Shown here in pieces: positions 1 to 12,909 of a stretch of DNA of 64,000 nt. Source of the stretch: Octopus vulgaris. Its lineage: Eukaryota. The notes below the pieces were generated by a model. That model saw nothing but the letters and a program-made list of their open reading frames with translations. It did no database searches and was not told where the DNA came from. Position numbers and translations under genes: made by a program. How positions within the stretch are numbered: position 1 is the first letter of the stretch; every line of letters begins with the position of its first letter. The stretch is from contig OX597819.1 of assembly GCA_951406725.2 (NCBI GenBank), positions 65,162,001 through 65,226,000 on the forward strand, given 5' to 3'.

Positions 1-623
1 AATACACATACATATATATGCGTTTATAAACGTTTATATATGTGATATGTGTCTAAGCGTTCTGCGTTTGCTTGTGCGTATCTAACAACCAGCTACATCC
101 GGTTTTATCAAATAATGTAAATTTTGTTGTTAAAGGGGAAAGTAGAATAAATTAAATTGTAGATATTGAATGAAATTCAATCTTTATCACAATATTTAAT
201 AATATGAGTCATTCCACAAAATGCAACAACATTTATATTATCATTTATATCGCCTGACTATTATAAACTACAATATGAACATTGTTATATTCTTCAATTG
301 GAATAATTCTATGAAATATAATCTTTAATAATCAGAACTCTCTCTACAAAAATGCTACGGTAAAGTAAATACTTCAGATAATAACGATCAGTAAGAAAGA
401 ATTGTCTACGTATATTCCTTATTTGTTGATTTAGTGTTTTTCGAAATAGAGACTGTTTATTTATAAATAGAATGCAGGCAGCTGCAATTGCATGAAACCA
501 AAGGTAGAATGGTAAATCCACAGTCATATCTATGTGTGTGTGTGTTTGTGTGTATACATATATGCCTGTTGGCATGTATATTTATATGCATGTACGTATG
601 TATGTATGTATGTAGGGATTGTA

Positions 624-921
624 TATAACCAGGGAACTAAGAAGTACCAGCTTTGCTAGAAATAAGAGTCAAAAATACTCCGAAGCCACAAGAATTAACA
701 CTAGATTTTCACAGCCATGGTGGGGAAAAAGACACTAAGCGAATAAGGATTGCATAATTACAAGAAAGAATGACAGTCAAGCTTGTATCATGATTTGGAC
801 TTTAGCGCCAAAAGCACTTAATTCTCTTGCGACAAGTCTACTTATAACAATACTTATATATCACTTCAACCAATGTCTGTGTTCATTTCAGAACAAAAGC
901 CGCTTTGACGAAACGAACTAA
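624..921. repeat. ~300-bp interspersed repeat; left arm of a diverged inverted pair with 2130-2438, plus a shorter inverted copy at 1053-1246
   Basis: ACCAGCTTTGCTAGAAATAAGAGTCAAAAA (~646-675) matches the reverse complement of TTTTTGACTCTTATTTCAAGCAAAGCTGGT (~2386-2415); similarity continues to GAAACGAACTAA / TTAGTTCGTTTTC. Confidence 0.75.
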
Positions 922-1285
922 GCGAATTAATTTATAAATATGTAAATAACATTATTATTTATCAGAGATAACAATGTTAGTGTCCGCAAGCTTAAAACCG
1001 TGTATGCAAAATTAGTAGATGTATATAAATATTTATAAGAATTATATATAACAACTGCCATTCTTTTTTGTAATTTTGCAGGGGTAGTATGCAATCCCTA
1101 ATTTCTCGCAATTTTGCAGAGGTAATGTGCAATCCTTAATTTTTTTCGAACTATGCTTGTGAAAATTTAATGTTAGTTCTTATGGCATCGAATATATTTC
1201 ACTCTTATTTCTAGCGAAGCTGGTGCTTCTTAGTGCTCTTGTTATTAACATTGTTATTTTATATGAGTAGTAACGTTCTTTATAT

Positions 1286-2130
1286 GCAGGATGTTTTAAA
1301 AAAATTGATATCATTGAGATGTAAATAAAACAGAAACTTCATAGTCAAAGCACATGAAAATAAATAGGCTTGATGTTGAGTAACATAAGATTTATTCCTC
1401 CTAATTTGAATGAGAAAGTCAAAGGTATGTCGATTCCATGAACCATTTCGCATCGCCAGTCACATTTCCCTCAAAGAAAAATGGGCTTCTTAGAGATAGC
1501 GCAGAACACATTCACTTTTGGTGAGCCTCACATGGGAATTTTCTTCGCCCCAAATGCGAACTTTATGGTTATTGACTTTGCCATTCATCACTGAAAACAA
1601 GACGTTCATTGAACTCGGCTTCTTCAAGTTTCTTTTGCATATAAACACAGAATTGTTTACCCTTTTGCTTGTCATCTGCCGTTATGCCCTGAACAAGCTG
1701 CAGCTTGTAGCGTTTCATTAGCAAGCGTTTCCTCAGGACGCGCCTAACTGTCGTTGAAAGAATCTGGGTTTCCAGACCTTTACATCTTATCCGATGCTAG
1801 TGGTCGTCCAGATCCTTTTGCTCTACACAGACAGCCTTCCTCCTTGAATTATTTGTGCCATGTCCAAATCTGTATTTCCTTTGGTGACTTTTTAGAGAAT
1901 TCTCTCAGAAATGCACGCTGCATAGTCTGGTTCGACTGTGATTGAGCATACTCGAAGGCCTTTTCTATTCCAGTGAATGCCAATTCTATACCTGGAAAGA
2001 TAAACATATAAAAAATTAAACATATAATTTGGACCTGTTTCTACACATTCAGTTAAAATTTGAAGTCATTTGAACAAGAATTGGCCAAGATATTAGATTG
2101 CGAAATGATATCAAAGATTTTGATATTCAC
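1286..2130 (-). mobile_element. Decayed Tc1/mariner-superfamily DNA transposon (DUF4817-HTH type)
   Basis: Minus-strand peptides 'NGKVNNHKVRIWGEENSH' and 'KGSGRP' resemble Tc1-like transposases; degenerate TIR-like ends (TTGATATCATT / AATGATATCAA). Confidence 0.65.
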
Positions 2131-2438
2131 TTAGTTCGTTTTCTCAATGTGGCTTTGGCCCTGAAACACACAGGCTTTGGCTGAAGTGATATCCAGCTAT
2201 TGTAATGAGTAGACTTGGATGAAGACAATCAAATACTTTTGGCGCTAAATTCGAATTCATGCTACCAGGTTAACTAGCATTCCTTCCTTCAAATTTTCAG
2301 GGGTAAGAAGCAATCGTTATTCACTTACTTTTTTACCCAACCATTCCTCTGGAAATCTTGTGTTAATTCTTGCGGCTTCGGAGAGTTTTTGACTCTTATT
2401 TCAAGCAAAGCTGGTGCTCTCTCAGTGCCCTTGTTATA
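2130..2438. repeat. Right arm of inverted repeat pair with 624-921
   Basis: Reverse-complement similarity to 624-921 over ~300 bp. Confidence 0.75.
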
Positions 2439-2560
2439 GAGAAATCTATCTATTAATTTGCTGCTACTGTTATTAAGTTTACGTCCTCTAACATTGTCAT
2501 CTCTCAAGGGTAGTAAAATTCTTTATTTATTTATATGTAAGCTTGTTTATTTATATATGT

Positions 2561-2775
2561 TCTTTTATTCTTTTGCTTGTTTCAGTCATTTAAGTGAGGC
2601 CATGCTGGAGCACCGACTTTAGTCGAAAAGATCAACCCCCAGGAATTATTCTTTGCAAGACTAGTACTTATTCTATCGGTTCTTTTTGCCGAAGCCGTAG
2701 GTTACGTGGACGTAAACACACCAACATCAGTTGTCAAGCAAGCAACGGAGGGAGTGACGCACAAACAGACAAATA
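2561..2775 (-). mobile_element. SINE family A, 3' fragment
   Basis: TTTCAGTCATT..GGCCATGCTGGAGCACC..TTTAGTCG shared with copies at 22287, 40811, 56718. Confidence 0.8.
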
Positions 2776-2879
2776 CAAACAGATACTTTGATAGGTTTCG
2801 GGCAGTATTGACCCAAGCCATGTCTAACTTAATAGCAACACCTAGCAAAGACATGTAATTCCGTAATCGGACACCATGG

Positions 2880-3100
2880 CTCACTCAAGTAGAAAGTCAC
2901 TGTCTACAGACACATAGCCAGGTGTAGAAAGGTTTATCCGCGATTTTTTGAAGGAGTTTGTCCAAAGTCGTCTTTAACCTTATGGGTCTGTCTCTGCTTT
3001 AATTAGTTTTGGTGTAAAGTTAAAGAGAGCGGGGCCAATAGGGTGAAATATTTGTACCGTAATTTTTAGGTAATGCGGATATGATTCATGATGTGGGTAG
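2880..3100 (-). mobile_element. CR1/L2-group LINE, ORF2 C-terminal relic
   Basis: Peptide 'IGPALFNFTPKLIKAETDP*RLKTTLDKLLQKIADKP' matches the LINE ORF2 terminal pattern GP.LFN..P...K..LD. Confidence 0.55.
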
Positions 3101-3663
3101 ATAACGTGAGGCCCAAGTCTTGGGTGTATCTTAAAGGAGATGCCAACCTCATTTGGACAATGCTGATGGAATATTTTCCACATCATGCAGATGATGTAGC
3201 GCTCAATGAGATGTACTTCAGAGAGACAACTCTGAACGAACTTCACAAGGGGAGAATTTTTTTCTCCATGGTAATTGCAGTGCATTTGCCTTTTAGCAAT
3301 TGATACACCTGACAAACTTATTTCAACTAACCTAAATTCTTCTCATACCTAAACACTGCTTTGCACCAATGTTTCCTTATTTACTTTGATCGGGCCATCT
3401 ACTAGCACAAAACAGATAAAATGTTGACTGAATTATATATAAAACTACAGCTTTATTAAGTTCGTACAGAGTTTCGTCACTTAGGTGCATCTCATTGACA
3501 ACAGTCAAAAAACTGTAGACATCAATGTCTGCGGTTCCTAAGAGATGGTGACACTGAACGAAGTGAGAGTTTTCGCACCATTTTACCATAAGTGTATTTG
3601 CCTTTTAGCAGTTGAAATATGCGACAAACATATTGCAACTACTTAAATCTATCTATTACTTAA

Positions 3664-4200
<537 letters not shown>

Positions 4201-4729
4201 ACTGTTAAAAAAAGTTGAGATGCGCGGCGTTCAGTTATTTAATAGATGAAAATCCATTAAATACTAAACAAAGTACACGTAAGACTGACACAAAAGGACC
4301 CTAATTCTTCTTCAGTTACCAACCGAAATGTTAATACTCAGTTTCATGCCTTTAACGATAAGACAGAATTTCACATATCGGTGGCACCCAGAAAAAATGC
4401 CGAGAATTAGGGTTCGAGCAAAGAAAACGATACAGAGTGGACATTCGAAAGTAAACAATTGTAATTTAAATCGATTGACGAAGACGGAATACATACGGCC
4501 TTTCGGCCAAAGGGACGAGCATGATGGGTAATGCCTGGCAGAAAACTTTTTACCATAAGAGATATTTCTGTCACCGCAGTAACTGCGGTGTATTTTAGCA
4601 GTTGAAATATGTGACAAACATAATGCAACGAACTTAAACATATTTATCTATCTATCTATTCATCTATCTATCTTCGTATATATATATATTATTTTATATT
4701 TAATTTTTTTTATTTATTTCACCTACTTT

Positions 4730-5055
4730 CAACTCACGAGCTGTCGCCATGCTGGGGCACCGCCATTCGGTGTTGCTACATGATTTTACTTAACGAATGC
4801 TTTTGAGCAATTGCCATATGGTGCATGAAATAGTTCGATGCAGCTGCCCTCATCTGCACCTCCTGCCGTTAAGTTGGTTCATCTGGGACACCTGACAGGA
4901 AGAGATCCAGTTTTATTTTAAAGACATCTGCATCCACCCCATGCAGGTCTTTCAGGTCCTTCGGGAGGATATTGAAGAGCTGTGGACCTCTGAAGCCCAG
5001 GCTATCACAGTATCTTGTCCTACATCTTGATGGCAAATTGGAGTCCTTGGCACTA
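4730..5055 (-). mobile_element. CR1-group LINE 3' end (ORF2 C-terminus plus 3'UTR)
   Basis: 'YCDSLGFRGPQLFNILPKDLKDLHGVDADVFKIKLDLFLSGVPDEPT'; homologous plus-strand copy at 19494-19730. Confidence 0.7.
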
Positions 5056-5226
5056 TGCAGAGGCGCCCAGTTCTCGTTGGATCGCCTCAAGTTCTGTGAT
5101 TAATTTGACAGTGGATGGTAACCATAGCTGAGAGCAATAGTCAAAGGGGCAAGGACAAGTGTCATCCAGAGGACCATCATGTTTTCCTGGTCTCTTGTTC
5201 TAAAGGCTCTAAGAATCCATCCGGTA

Positions 5227-5291
<65 letters not shown>

Positions 5292-5354
5292 GCATATATA
5301 TATGTATTCATATAAATGTATGTATATATATATATTCATATGTATATATATATA

Positions 5355-5585
5355 TTTCTTTACTACCCACAAGGGGCTAAACACAGAGGAGACAAACAAG
5401 GACAGACAAACGGATTAAGTCGATTACATCGACCCCAGTGCGTAAATGGTACTTAATTTATCGATCCCGGAAGGATGAAAGGCAAAGTCGACCTCGGCGG
5501 AATTTGAACTCGGAAAGTAACGGCAGACGAAATACGGCAACGCATTTCGCCCAGCGTGCTAACATTTCTGCCAGCTCGCCGCCTT
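5355..5585 (-). mobile_element. SINE family B (tRNA-like head, Meta-like central domain)
   Basis: Reverse complement GGCGGCGAGCTGGCAG..GTTCAAATTCCGCCGAGGTCGACTTTGCCTTTCATCC; multiple copies in window. Confidence 0.85.
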
Positions 5586-5621
5586 TATTTATATATTATA
5601 TATATATATATATTATATATA

Positions 5622-5672
<51 letters not shown>

Positions 5673-5770
5673 TATACATACATGTATGTATATACATCTA
5701 TATATATGTGTGTGTGTGTGTTTGTATGTATACACACACGCACATACGCAACACACACACAGATATACAT

Positions 5771-5931
5771 ATACGGTAGGCTTCTTTGACTTTCCGCCTA
5801 TCAAGTCCACTCACATGTCTTTGGGTGGTCCCGAGGCTAGAGTTGAAGACACCAGCCGAAGGTGCAATGCAGTAGGACTGAACATGGAACCATGCAGTTG
5901 GAAGGCAGAATACTTACCATACTACCATGCG
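5771..5931 (-). mobile_element. SINE family A, 5' part
   Basis: Diverged match to head of copy at 22287. Confidence 0.7.
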
Positions 5932-6141
5932 TAATTTTAAACACATGCCTTTATATGTTGACTCAGTGGTATTCCTTAACTTCCTGTATATAAAAAAAAA
6001 CTGGTTTGTTCAAATTACACCGTCAGGGATAAATTCCGATAAAGCTAAAACTGAGTTCACGTTTCATAATATGTCGCGACCGCAGTCATAGGAAGTACAT
6101 ACGTAAGTGTATTAACATGATCATCATATTTACAACAATCC

Positions 6142-6430
6142 ACTGGCATAATTGTTAGCACACCGGGCGAAATGCTTAGCGGTATTTCGTCTGCCGCTAC
6201 GTTCTGAGTTCAAATTCCCCCGAGGGTGACTTTGCCTTTCATCCTTTCGTGGTCGATAAATTAAATACCAGTCAACACTGGCACCGATGTCATCGACTAG
6301 TCTCCCCGCCCTCAAATTTCCCTACACCACCACAAATATCAATTTTCCCTACTCCTCCACAAATAACAAATTTCATCCGCCCCCACAAATAACCCTAACC
6401 CCCGCAAATTTCAGGCATTGTGTATTTAGT
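6142..6430 (+). mobile_element. SINE family B
   Basis: CTGGCA..GTTAGCAC..GGGCGAAATGCTTAGCGGTATTTCGTCTGCC..GACTTTGCCTTTCATCCTTTCG. Confidence 0.8.
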
Positions 6431-6489
6431 AGAAATGATATTTTCAACAGTCCAAAATATCAGTGAATAAATTACCTCCTTTCTATATT

Positions 6490-6635
6490 TAAGAGATGAG
6501 GAATTATGTATACTATTTACATTGCTTACATTTGACGGATATTTGTTCTCATCTTAATTGTTGTTAACACAAACAATACGAGGACAAATATACGTCAAAT
6601 GTGAATAATGTAAATAATGTATAAATTATCTCTTA
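6490..6635. repeat. Imperfect inverted repeat (~65-bp arms); related fragment at ~54227-54259
   Basis: TAAGAGATGAGGAATTATGTA..CATTTGACGGATATTTG versus CAAATATACGTCAAATG..ATCTCTTA. Confidence 0.7.
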
Positions 6636-7267
6636 CAGCAGCGGCAGAGGAATTTCTATGTACCAAGAGTGAAATAAAAGCCAAGTAAACTTAGTCAATT
6701 TCAGAATCCCAAAATATTTCATTAATTACATTTATCAATTAATCCGTGGCGCGTTATTTTAGAGAGGTAGGGTACATTTGGCAATGAATCTGCTTAATTC
6801 TTACGCAATATATATTTGGCAAACATTAGTTCATAGAATTCCGAATAGTGAGGATTTCAGCTTGCTAATGAATAGCATAGAATGCGAAGGCGTGGTGTGC
6901 CTTTACGCTCTCAGTAGAATTCAAAATGTCATTCTTACAGAAATTTTCTTTTATTAAAATGCATTTAGTGCACATCAGAATATTATAGCTTGAGGTTCAT
7001 GACAATGATGTAAAGATGACACGTATGCTTCAATATTCAAGTAATACAGTCAGACATATATATATAAACACATACATACATACTAAAAGAAGGACAAATT
7101 CTTCGAAACCTCCAACATCAACATTATACTAATAATAATTTGTGCATTTGGTTTGTAAATAAATGGCTTTGTGATAATCTGGATAAGCTACGGTTTTCAA
7201 AAAGTGAAGTCAACTAACTTACGCGAAAAATTAAAAGCATAAATTGCAAGTTCTAATGTAAATATGT

Positions 7268-7609
7268 GAAGGCGCATGGCTCAGTGGTTAGAGCGTCGAG
7301 CTTACGATCGTGAGGTTGTGAGCTCGAATCCCGGACCGGGCTGCGTGTTGTGTTCTCGAGCAAGGCACTTTATTTCACGTTGTTCCAGTTCACTCAGCTG
7401 TACAAATGAGTTGCGACGTCACAGGTGCCAAGCTGTATCGACCTTTGTCTTTCCCTTGGATAACACTGGTGGCGTGGAGAGGGGAGGCTGGTATGCATGG
7501 GCGACTGATGGCCTTCCATAAACAACCTTGCCCGGACTTGTATCTAGGAAGGTAGCTTTCTAGGTGCAATCCCATGGTCATTCATGACCGAAGGGGGTCT
7601 TTACCCTTT
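7268..7609 (+). mobile_element. tRNA-derived SINE family D
   Basis: A-box TGGCTCAGTGGTTAGAGC, B-box-like GCTCGAATCCC, CORE-like GAGCAAGGCACTT, T-rich tail. Confidence 0.85.
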
Positions 7610-8236
7610 TAAAGTAAATATATGCAATTTTTTTCTCGGGAGTAAAATGTGATATTCTTTTTGTGATCGACATCCTTATGATGTAGCTTTGTATCTTTGT
7701 TAGAAACCAACTCCTTAGTTAGAGGAAGAATTGAAATTTCAAAATCAAAAGTTAACATGCATACATATATTATATACATCATGTGTGTGTGAGTGCGTGT
7801 GTATGTGTGTAGTTGTATTTGGGGATGGTTATTTTTTGGGTGTGGTTGTCTGTTATTTATTTTTCTTATTTATATCTCATATGTATTTTCATATATGTGT
7901 ATTGTTTGTGTATTACACTGTCTGTTTTTTTCCCCTCGTCATGTTGTATGGTGTGGTCGTGGACGTTATTGTTCCATTCTTGGTTTCTGGTCACACTCTA
8001 AAAATTAGAGCTATAAAAAATAAAACTGTACAAAAAGCACGTTTACCAAACAACATAGGAAGCGAACTCATATACACACAAACACAAACACGCACTCACA
8101 CACACACACACATGTACACTCACGCACATGTACACACACACATACACAAAAAGACGCATGCGCATATAAGGATAGGCATGATAGAAGAAGAACAGAATGG
8201 AATCAGCAGGGCAAGAGCATACACGAAGAGGGAAGG

Positions 8237-8281
8237 TGTCGCTGAGGATGTCACAGATGTGTGACGAAAGATTTCCGAACA
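8237..8281 (+). ncRNA. Minimal type-I hammerhead ribozyme-like motif (Penelope type)
   Basis: TCG-CTGAGGA-T-GTCACA(gatg)TGTGAC-GAAA-GATT-TC-CGA: CUGANGA core, perfect 6-bp stem II, GAAA, near-palindromic stem III, UC cleavage site, TCG/CGA stem I. Confidence 0.7.
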
Positions 8282-8439
8282 ACGAACTAGAGTTAGAATA
8301 AGAACAGTAATAAATGTGTGAAGAACTAATATATAATGCGTCTGTTTATTTATCAAAAAAATGCCCATCCTAAAATACAACGATATTTCTTTCAACAAAC
8401 GACTTTACATTAGAAATCTTTGAACAGAAATTAATAAAC

Positions 8440-8494
<55 letters not shown>

Positions 8495-8600
8495 CTCTGC
8501 CAATAGCTGGCGTATACAGGTGCTTACACTTATCAAGTATTCACCTTAAATTTACAGTACCTATATAAACATATATATATATATACATACATACATACAT

Positions 8601-8685
<85 letters not shown>

Positions 8686-8687
<2 letters not shown>

Positions 8688-8830
8688 CGACGAACTTCTT
8701 TCAGTTTCCGTATATCAATCTCACTTACGATGTTGTTGTAGTAGAAGAACCTTGCCCGAGGTGCCACGCAATGATACTGAACCAGTAACCATAGTGCTGG
8801 GAAGCAATCTTCTCACCACGTAGCCACGCA
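8686..8830 (-). mobile_element. SINE family A, 5' part
   Basis: CTTCTTTCAGTTTCCG..GTGCCACGC..ACTGAACC. Confidence 0.7.
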
Positions 8831-8853
8831 AAAGAATATATAAGCATATATAC

Positions 8854-8917
<64 letters not shown>

Positions 8918-9063
8918 ATATATATATACATATTACCCATATTCAAAGCATTGACTTTCTTACTCCGTTATTGAAAGTGCAGATATGTTTTCTGTACACA
9001 AGGTGTATTGGTCTCATTTGCGAAAAATGCATGGGTCAACTTGAATATAAGCGTAATACTTTA

Positions 9064-9941
9064 GCTGATCACTAAGTATCTGGACTATTGCTATAGTATC
9101 GAATCCTAAGCACGCACACTGAAGCCGCTTAGCAATTATTGACCTCTAACGCTGTTGTGCATGCGCACTAAGGTTTAATGTTCTAGCTCACTTCCGATGT
9201 TTATACTAGTGCTTGGAAGGAAGGTGTGTAGCGTGTGGTAGGCACATTGACCCTGACAGAGAAAGCTAAGCAGAGAATCTGCATCAAATTTTGCCAAAAG
9301 TTTCGCGATACCTGCTGAGAGGCCTACATCGTTCTCGACACAATGAAGGATGTCTTGTGCAACTGAGGCCCCAAGAGTCTCTTTGGTCAGTTGAAAGCTG
9401 TTTTGGCATAAAGCTCGCAAACACACGTCTCATATACAAATCTTCAGTGATAATGGTCTGAACTGAACCGTAACTAATCCGCACATCTTCTGATAACTCA
9501 TAGATGGGGATTCGACGACTTCCCCTCAGAACTGAACGCACATCTGCGATGTTTCTCTCAACTCTGATGATTACGCGTTTACCAGAAATTTCGTCAGTAT
9601 CGACATTTTTTCTTCCATTATCGAAATCTCTAAACGACTCCTACACTTGTGTAGCTCATACACTCCTGTCCATGCACTCTTCTACATACACTCTCCTCCA
9701 TACACCCCTCTCCATACACTCCTCTCCGTAAACTTTCTCTGTCATGGTCAATGCAACGATCACACGCTACACACCTTCCTTCCAAGCACTATTGTAAACT
9801 CCAGAAGTGAGCTAGAACGTTAAATCTTAACACGCTTATAGAGCATAGTTGACGATCACTCTCTGCCAAGCGGTTTCAGTCTCCGTCCTTCACATTTGTT
9901 ACTATGGCAACAGTCCGGATACTTATTGATCAGTCTTCGTA
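9064..9941 (-). mobile_element. Mariner-derived element with long inverted ends (MITE-like) and internal transposase fragment
   Basis: TIR CTGATCACTAAGTATCTGGACT / AGTCCGGATACTTATTGATCAG; ~200-bp inverted ends; peptide 'ELSEDVRISYGSVQTIITEDLYMRRVFASFMPKQLS'. Confidence 0.8.
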
Positions 9942-11456
9942 AATTTACATTTTAACTTATTTGCTAGGAACAATTATCAATGCGTACAGCATGCATAATT
10001 TTTATAATACGTGTGCGTGTGTGCTCTCCCGTGCGCGTGCGTGTACGTGCATATATGTGAGAGAGTCAATTTCAAATAATACTTGGTTACAGACAATATA
10101 ATATAGAGATAGATAATGAATGAAGCAAATGACAGTTATATTAAGACACTAAAAGCAAGTAGCTTGCTGACAACTAGGAAGACGGATGTGTAAATTATAT
10201 GCATCACCATGGACACCGCAGGAATGCGTATGTTACCAGTTTCTGTTTAAATACAATACATAGTTAGGGACGCCTGATTTCTTTTCATCTATAAAATGGA
10301 CGCTTTTAAGATGAATAAACGAAAAGACCGTTGTTTTTTCTTTACCTGTATCATTTTCAGAGACCTAATGGAAACTCTCTTAAACGTGGAACTCAAACAA
10401 ATACTAAATTCCGAAGAGTTGAATAAAAAATTAGTGAAATTACATAGAAAAGTATAAATAAAATTATGGAAATGTACTTGCATAGCAAGTGACATGATCT
10501 GAGATCGTGTGCTGAAGACAACAACAATTACAGTGTGGAAGGTGATTAGAAGCCATTTAAAAGCACACAAAAACCTTCGATAAACAACAAATTTAAAATT
10601 AATTTGCCAAACTATCTTCGTCACTTTCAGAACGCGACCGGATCACTGACAAAATTTTGTGCTGCATCTCATTTTGGCAAATTAAATTTATGCTGAAGTG
10701 GATCTAACGGTTTTATAAATAAAATGTTTGTTGACAAAATAAAACGATGATGAAATAGAATGTATATTGAAGAAGAATGCATATTTGAATCATCTTAAGA
10801 ATGAATACACTCATACACGCATATCTATGTATGAGTCACATATCTAAGAATTAAGAACAGATGTTTGTCACCCAAACTACTTAATATTTTCCTCCGATCC
10901 AACAGCTGTCTGTAGCGAAGACAATGGCTTATCAAAGCTCACCCATCTTTGCGTTGCTCATTTTGTAGTTGATTACCATATTTTGAAAATAATTTAGATG
11001 CTTTTTCTGTCAACATAGCTGCAAATACGTGTGGTATGAAGCTATATTTATAAGATATACCTCAGGCTATTGTACAATATATCCATAAATCTTTCTGCAG
11101 ACCAATAAACCTTTAACAAATTAATTGTCAATCTTGTCCGATGATTTAATTCTTATAAAAGAGTACATAAATTATTCCAATTTAAGAAGCACTGAAAATG
11201 AAATCTCCCCATTCTGGGAAGAACAAGTGATACAACTGGAAATCTACAACTCCAGTGAATACGAAGTATTTGAGGACTTTTGTTCTACGATTAGCACTTG
11301 TGTATTTTTCTTTCTTTCTTTTTTTTTTTCTTTTGAAATTTCTTCGCATGCCTCTAAAACTGCTTGCAGCTCAGCCAATATATCAGTGCATGCACCCACA
11401 AGCTAGCGTGCTTACACCCTCTTATACATTTAATTTTAATATAAGTCAATATTAAA

Positions 11457-11665
11457 CCGTGAGCTAGCAGAATCGCTAACACGGCAAGCAAAATGCTTCG
11501 CAGCATTTATTCCGTTTTCATTTTCTGAGTTCAAATCCCGCCGAGGTCGATTTTACCTTTCAACCTTTCGGGGTCGATAAAATAAGTATCTTTTGGGCAC
11601 TAGAGTCGATATAAACAACTTGGCCCATCCACCAGAACCGTTGGCTTTCTGCTAAGATTTTAAAT
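11457..11665 (+). mobile_element. SINE family B, diverged
   Basis: GTGAGCTAGCAGAATCG..GAGTTCAAATCCCGCCGAGGTCGA..CCTTTCGGGGTCGATAA. Confidence 0.75.
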
Positions 11666-12071
11666 TAATATATGTCTCGTTTTTATTTATGTCAGTCAGA
11701 CCACGAAAGGTGATTAATGGTTTTAGAGGAATGTTGACAAAATGTAGGATTCTTCCATTTACTGACACTATCCGTAATCACACTTTCATTTCAACTTAAC
11801 TGCATTTAATTTCACACCATATTCGGAATTAACTTCACACTACACAATATAATAAAGAGAAGCCAAAGTTTCGAAGAACATGAAAGCACCACGAACAAAT
11901 ATCTTGCCATATAATTGATTTAGTTGCATATATTCGTAATCCTCTTCATTTAAAATTGGAGACATGTGTAACAATAAATATGTAGAATAATAAAATCCTA
12001 GATATATTACTTCAGAGAAATAAGCAATGGTTGCTCGCATCTCTGCAGCTGAGTTTCGGCTTCACTCACGT

Positions 12072-12113
<42 letters not shown>

Positions 12114-12134
12114 CATATGTGTGTATATATATAT

Positions 12135-12238
12135 ACACGGCGGGCTTCTTTCAGTTTCTGTCGACCAAATCCACTCACAAGGCTTTAGTCGGCTCGAGGG
12201 TATAGTGGAAGACATTTGCTCAAGATGCCACGCCCAGT
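12135..12238 (-). mobile_element. SINE family A fragment
   Basis: CGGGCTTCTTTCAGTTTC..ACCAAATCCACTCACAAGGCTTT. Confidence 0.7.
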
Positions 12239-12467
12239 AGTAACAATAATATTTGAATGGAATTTATAAATAATTAAATGCCTCGTAACGCGTGATTTAT
12301 AAATTATTTACAAATTCTATCCAGAGGTTGACGTTATTACTATATCTAACCTACATAATATCAGATTATATATTTATATTTGAAATTTTCAGAAAAGTGA
12401 AAGATGAAGACAGGTGTGTTAGCAACAAGCAGATGTATTAGTTGGACGCTCGGGAAAATGTGAAGTT

Positions 12468-12503
12468 CTTTTACGTTTCGAGCATACACTCTTCAACAGA
12501 AAG
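12468..12503 (-). ncRNA. Minimal hammerhead-like motif, variant core
   Basis: Minus strand TTT-CTGTTGA-A-GAG(tgtatg)CTC-GAAA-CG-TA-AAAG; palindromic ACGT stem III; A6 replaced by U. Confidence 0.45.
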
Positions 12504-12909
12504 GAATAAGATGAAATAAACAAAGAGAGAATTGTTCGTAGAAGACATTCTCTCGACATCGCTCACAGGCGCCTGACCATGGTTCAGAAGTTAAAGCCTG
12601 AGTTGTTGTCTATAATCGTAAAGATTAAATGTAATTCAAATTCAATATGTTCTTGAAGCAATAAATTTCTGTACAAATTAGTATTTAAATTCCAATCTAT
12701 GAAAAGTTTCCGTTCTACAATATTCCTAAAGGAACGAAATTTATCCAGCAACTCGGGATAATCCGAACGAGAGTAGTAGGTGTGAAAAACTAACTGGCAT
12801 TTTTTGTCAAGGGTACAGGTGACAATCTGATAACCGATGTTATTTGTGCACTTCTCTGACGTTACTTGATTGAAGCATACTTTCCTTACTTATGTAACAC
12901 ACGCAACAC

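Noticed and set aside
7268-7345. tRNA gene candidates (also 50185 and 22287)
   Set aside because: A/B boxes run directly into SINE bodies; no proper acceptor stem or terminator
10330-11410. Protein-like stretches, e.g. 'DLMETLLNVELKQILNSEELNKKLVKLHRK' after a CAG acceptor
   Set aside because: Multiple stops, no good donor and no recognisable family; probably old transposon debris
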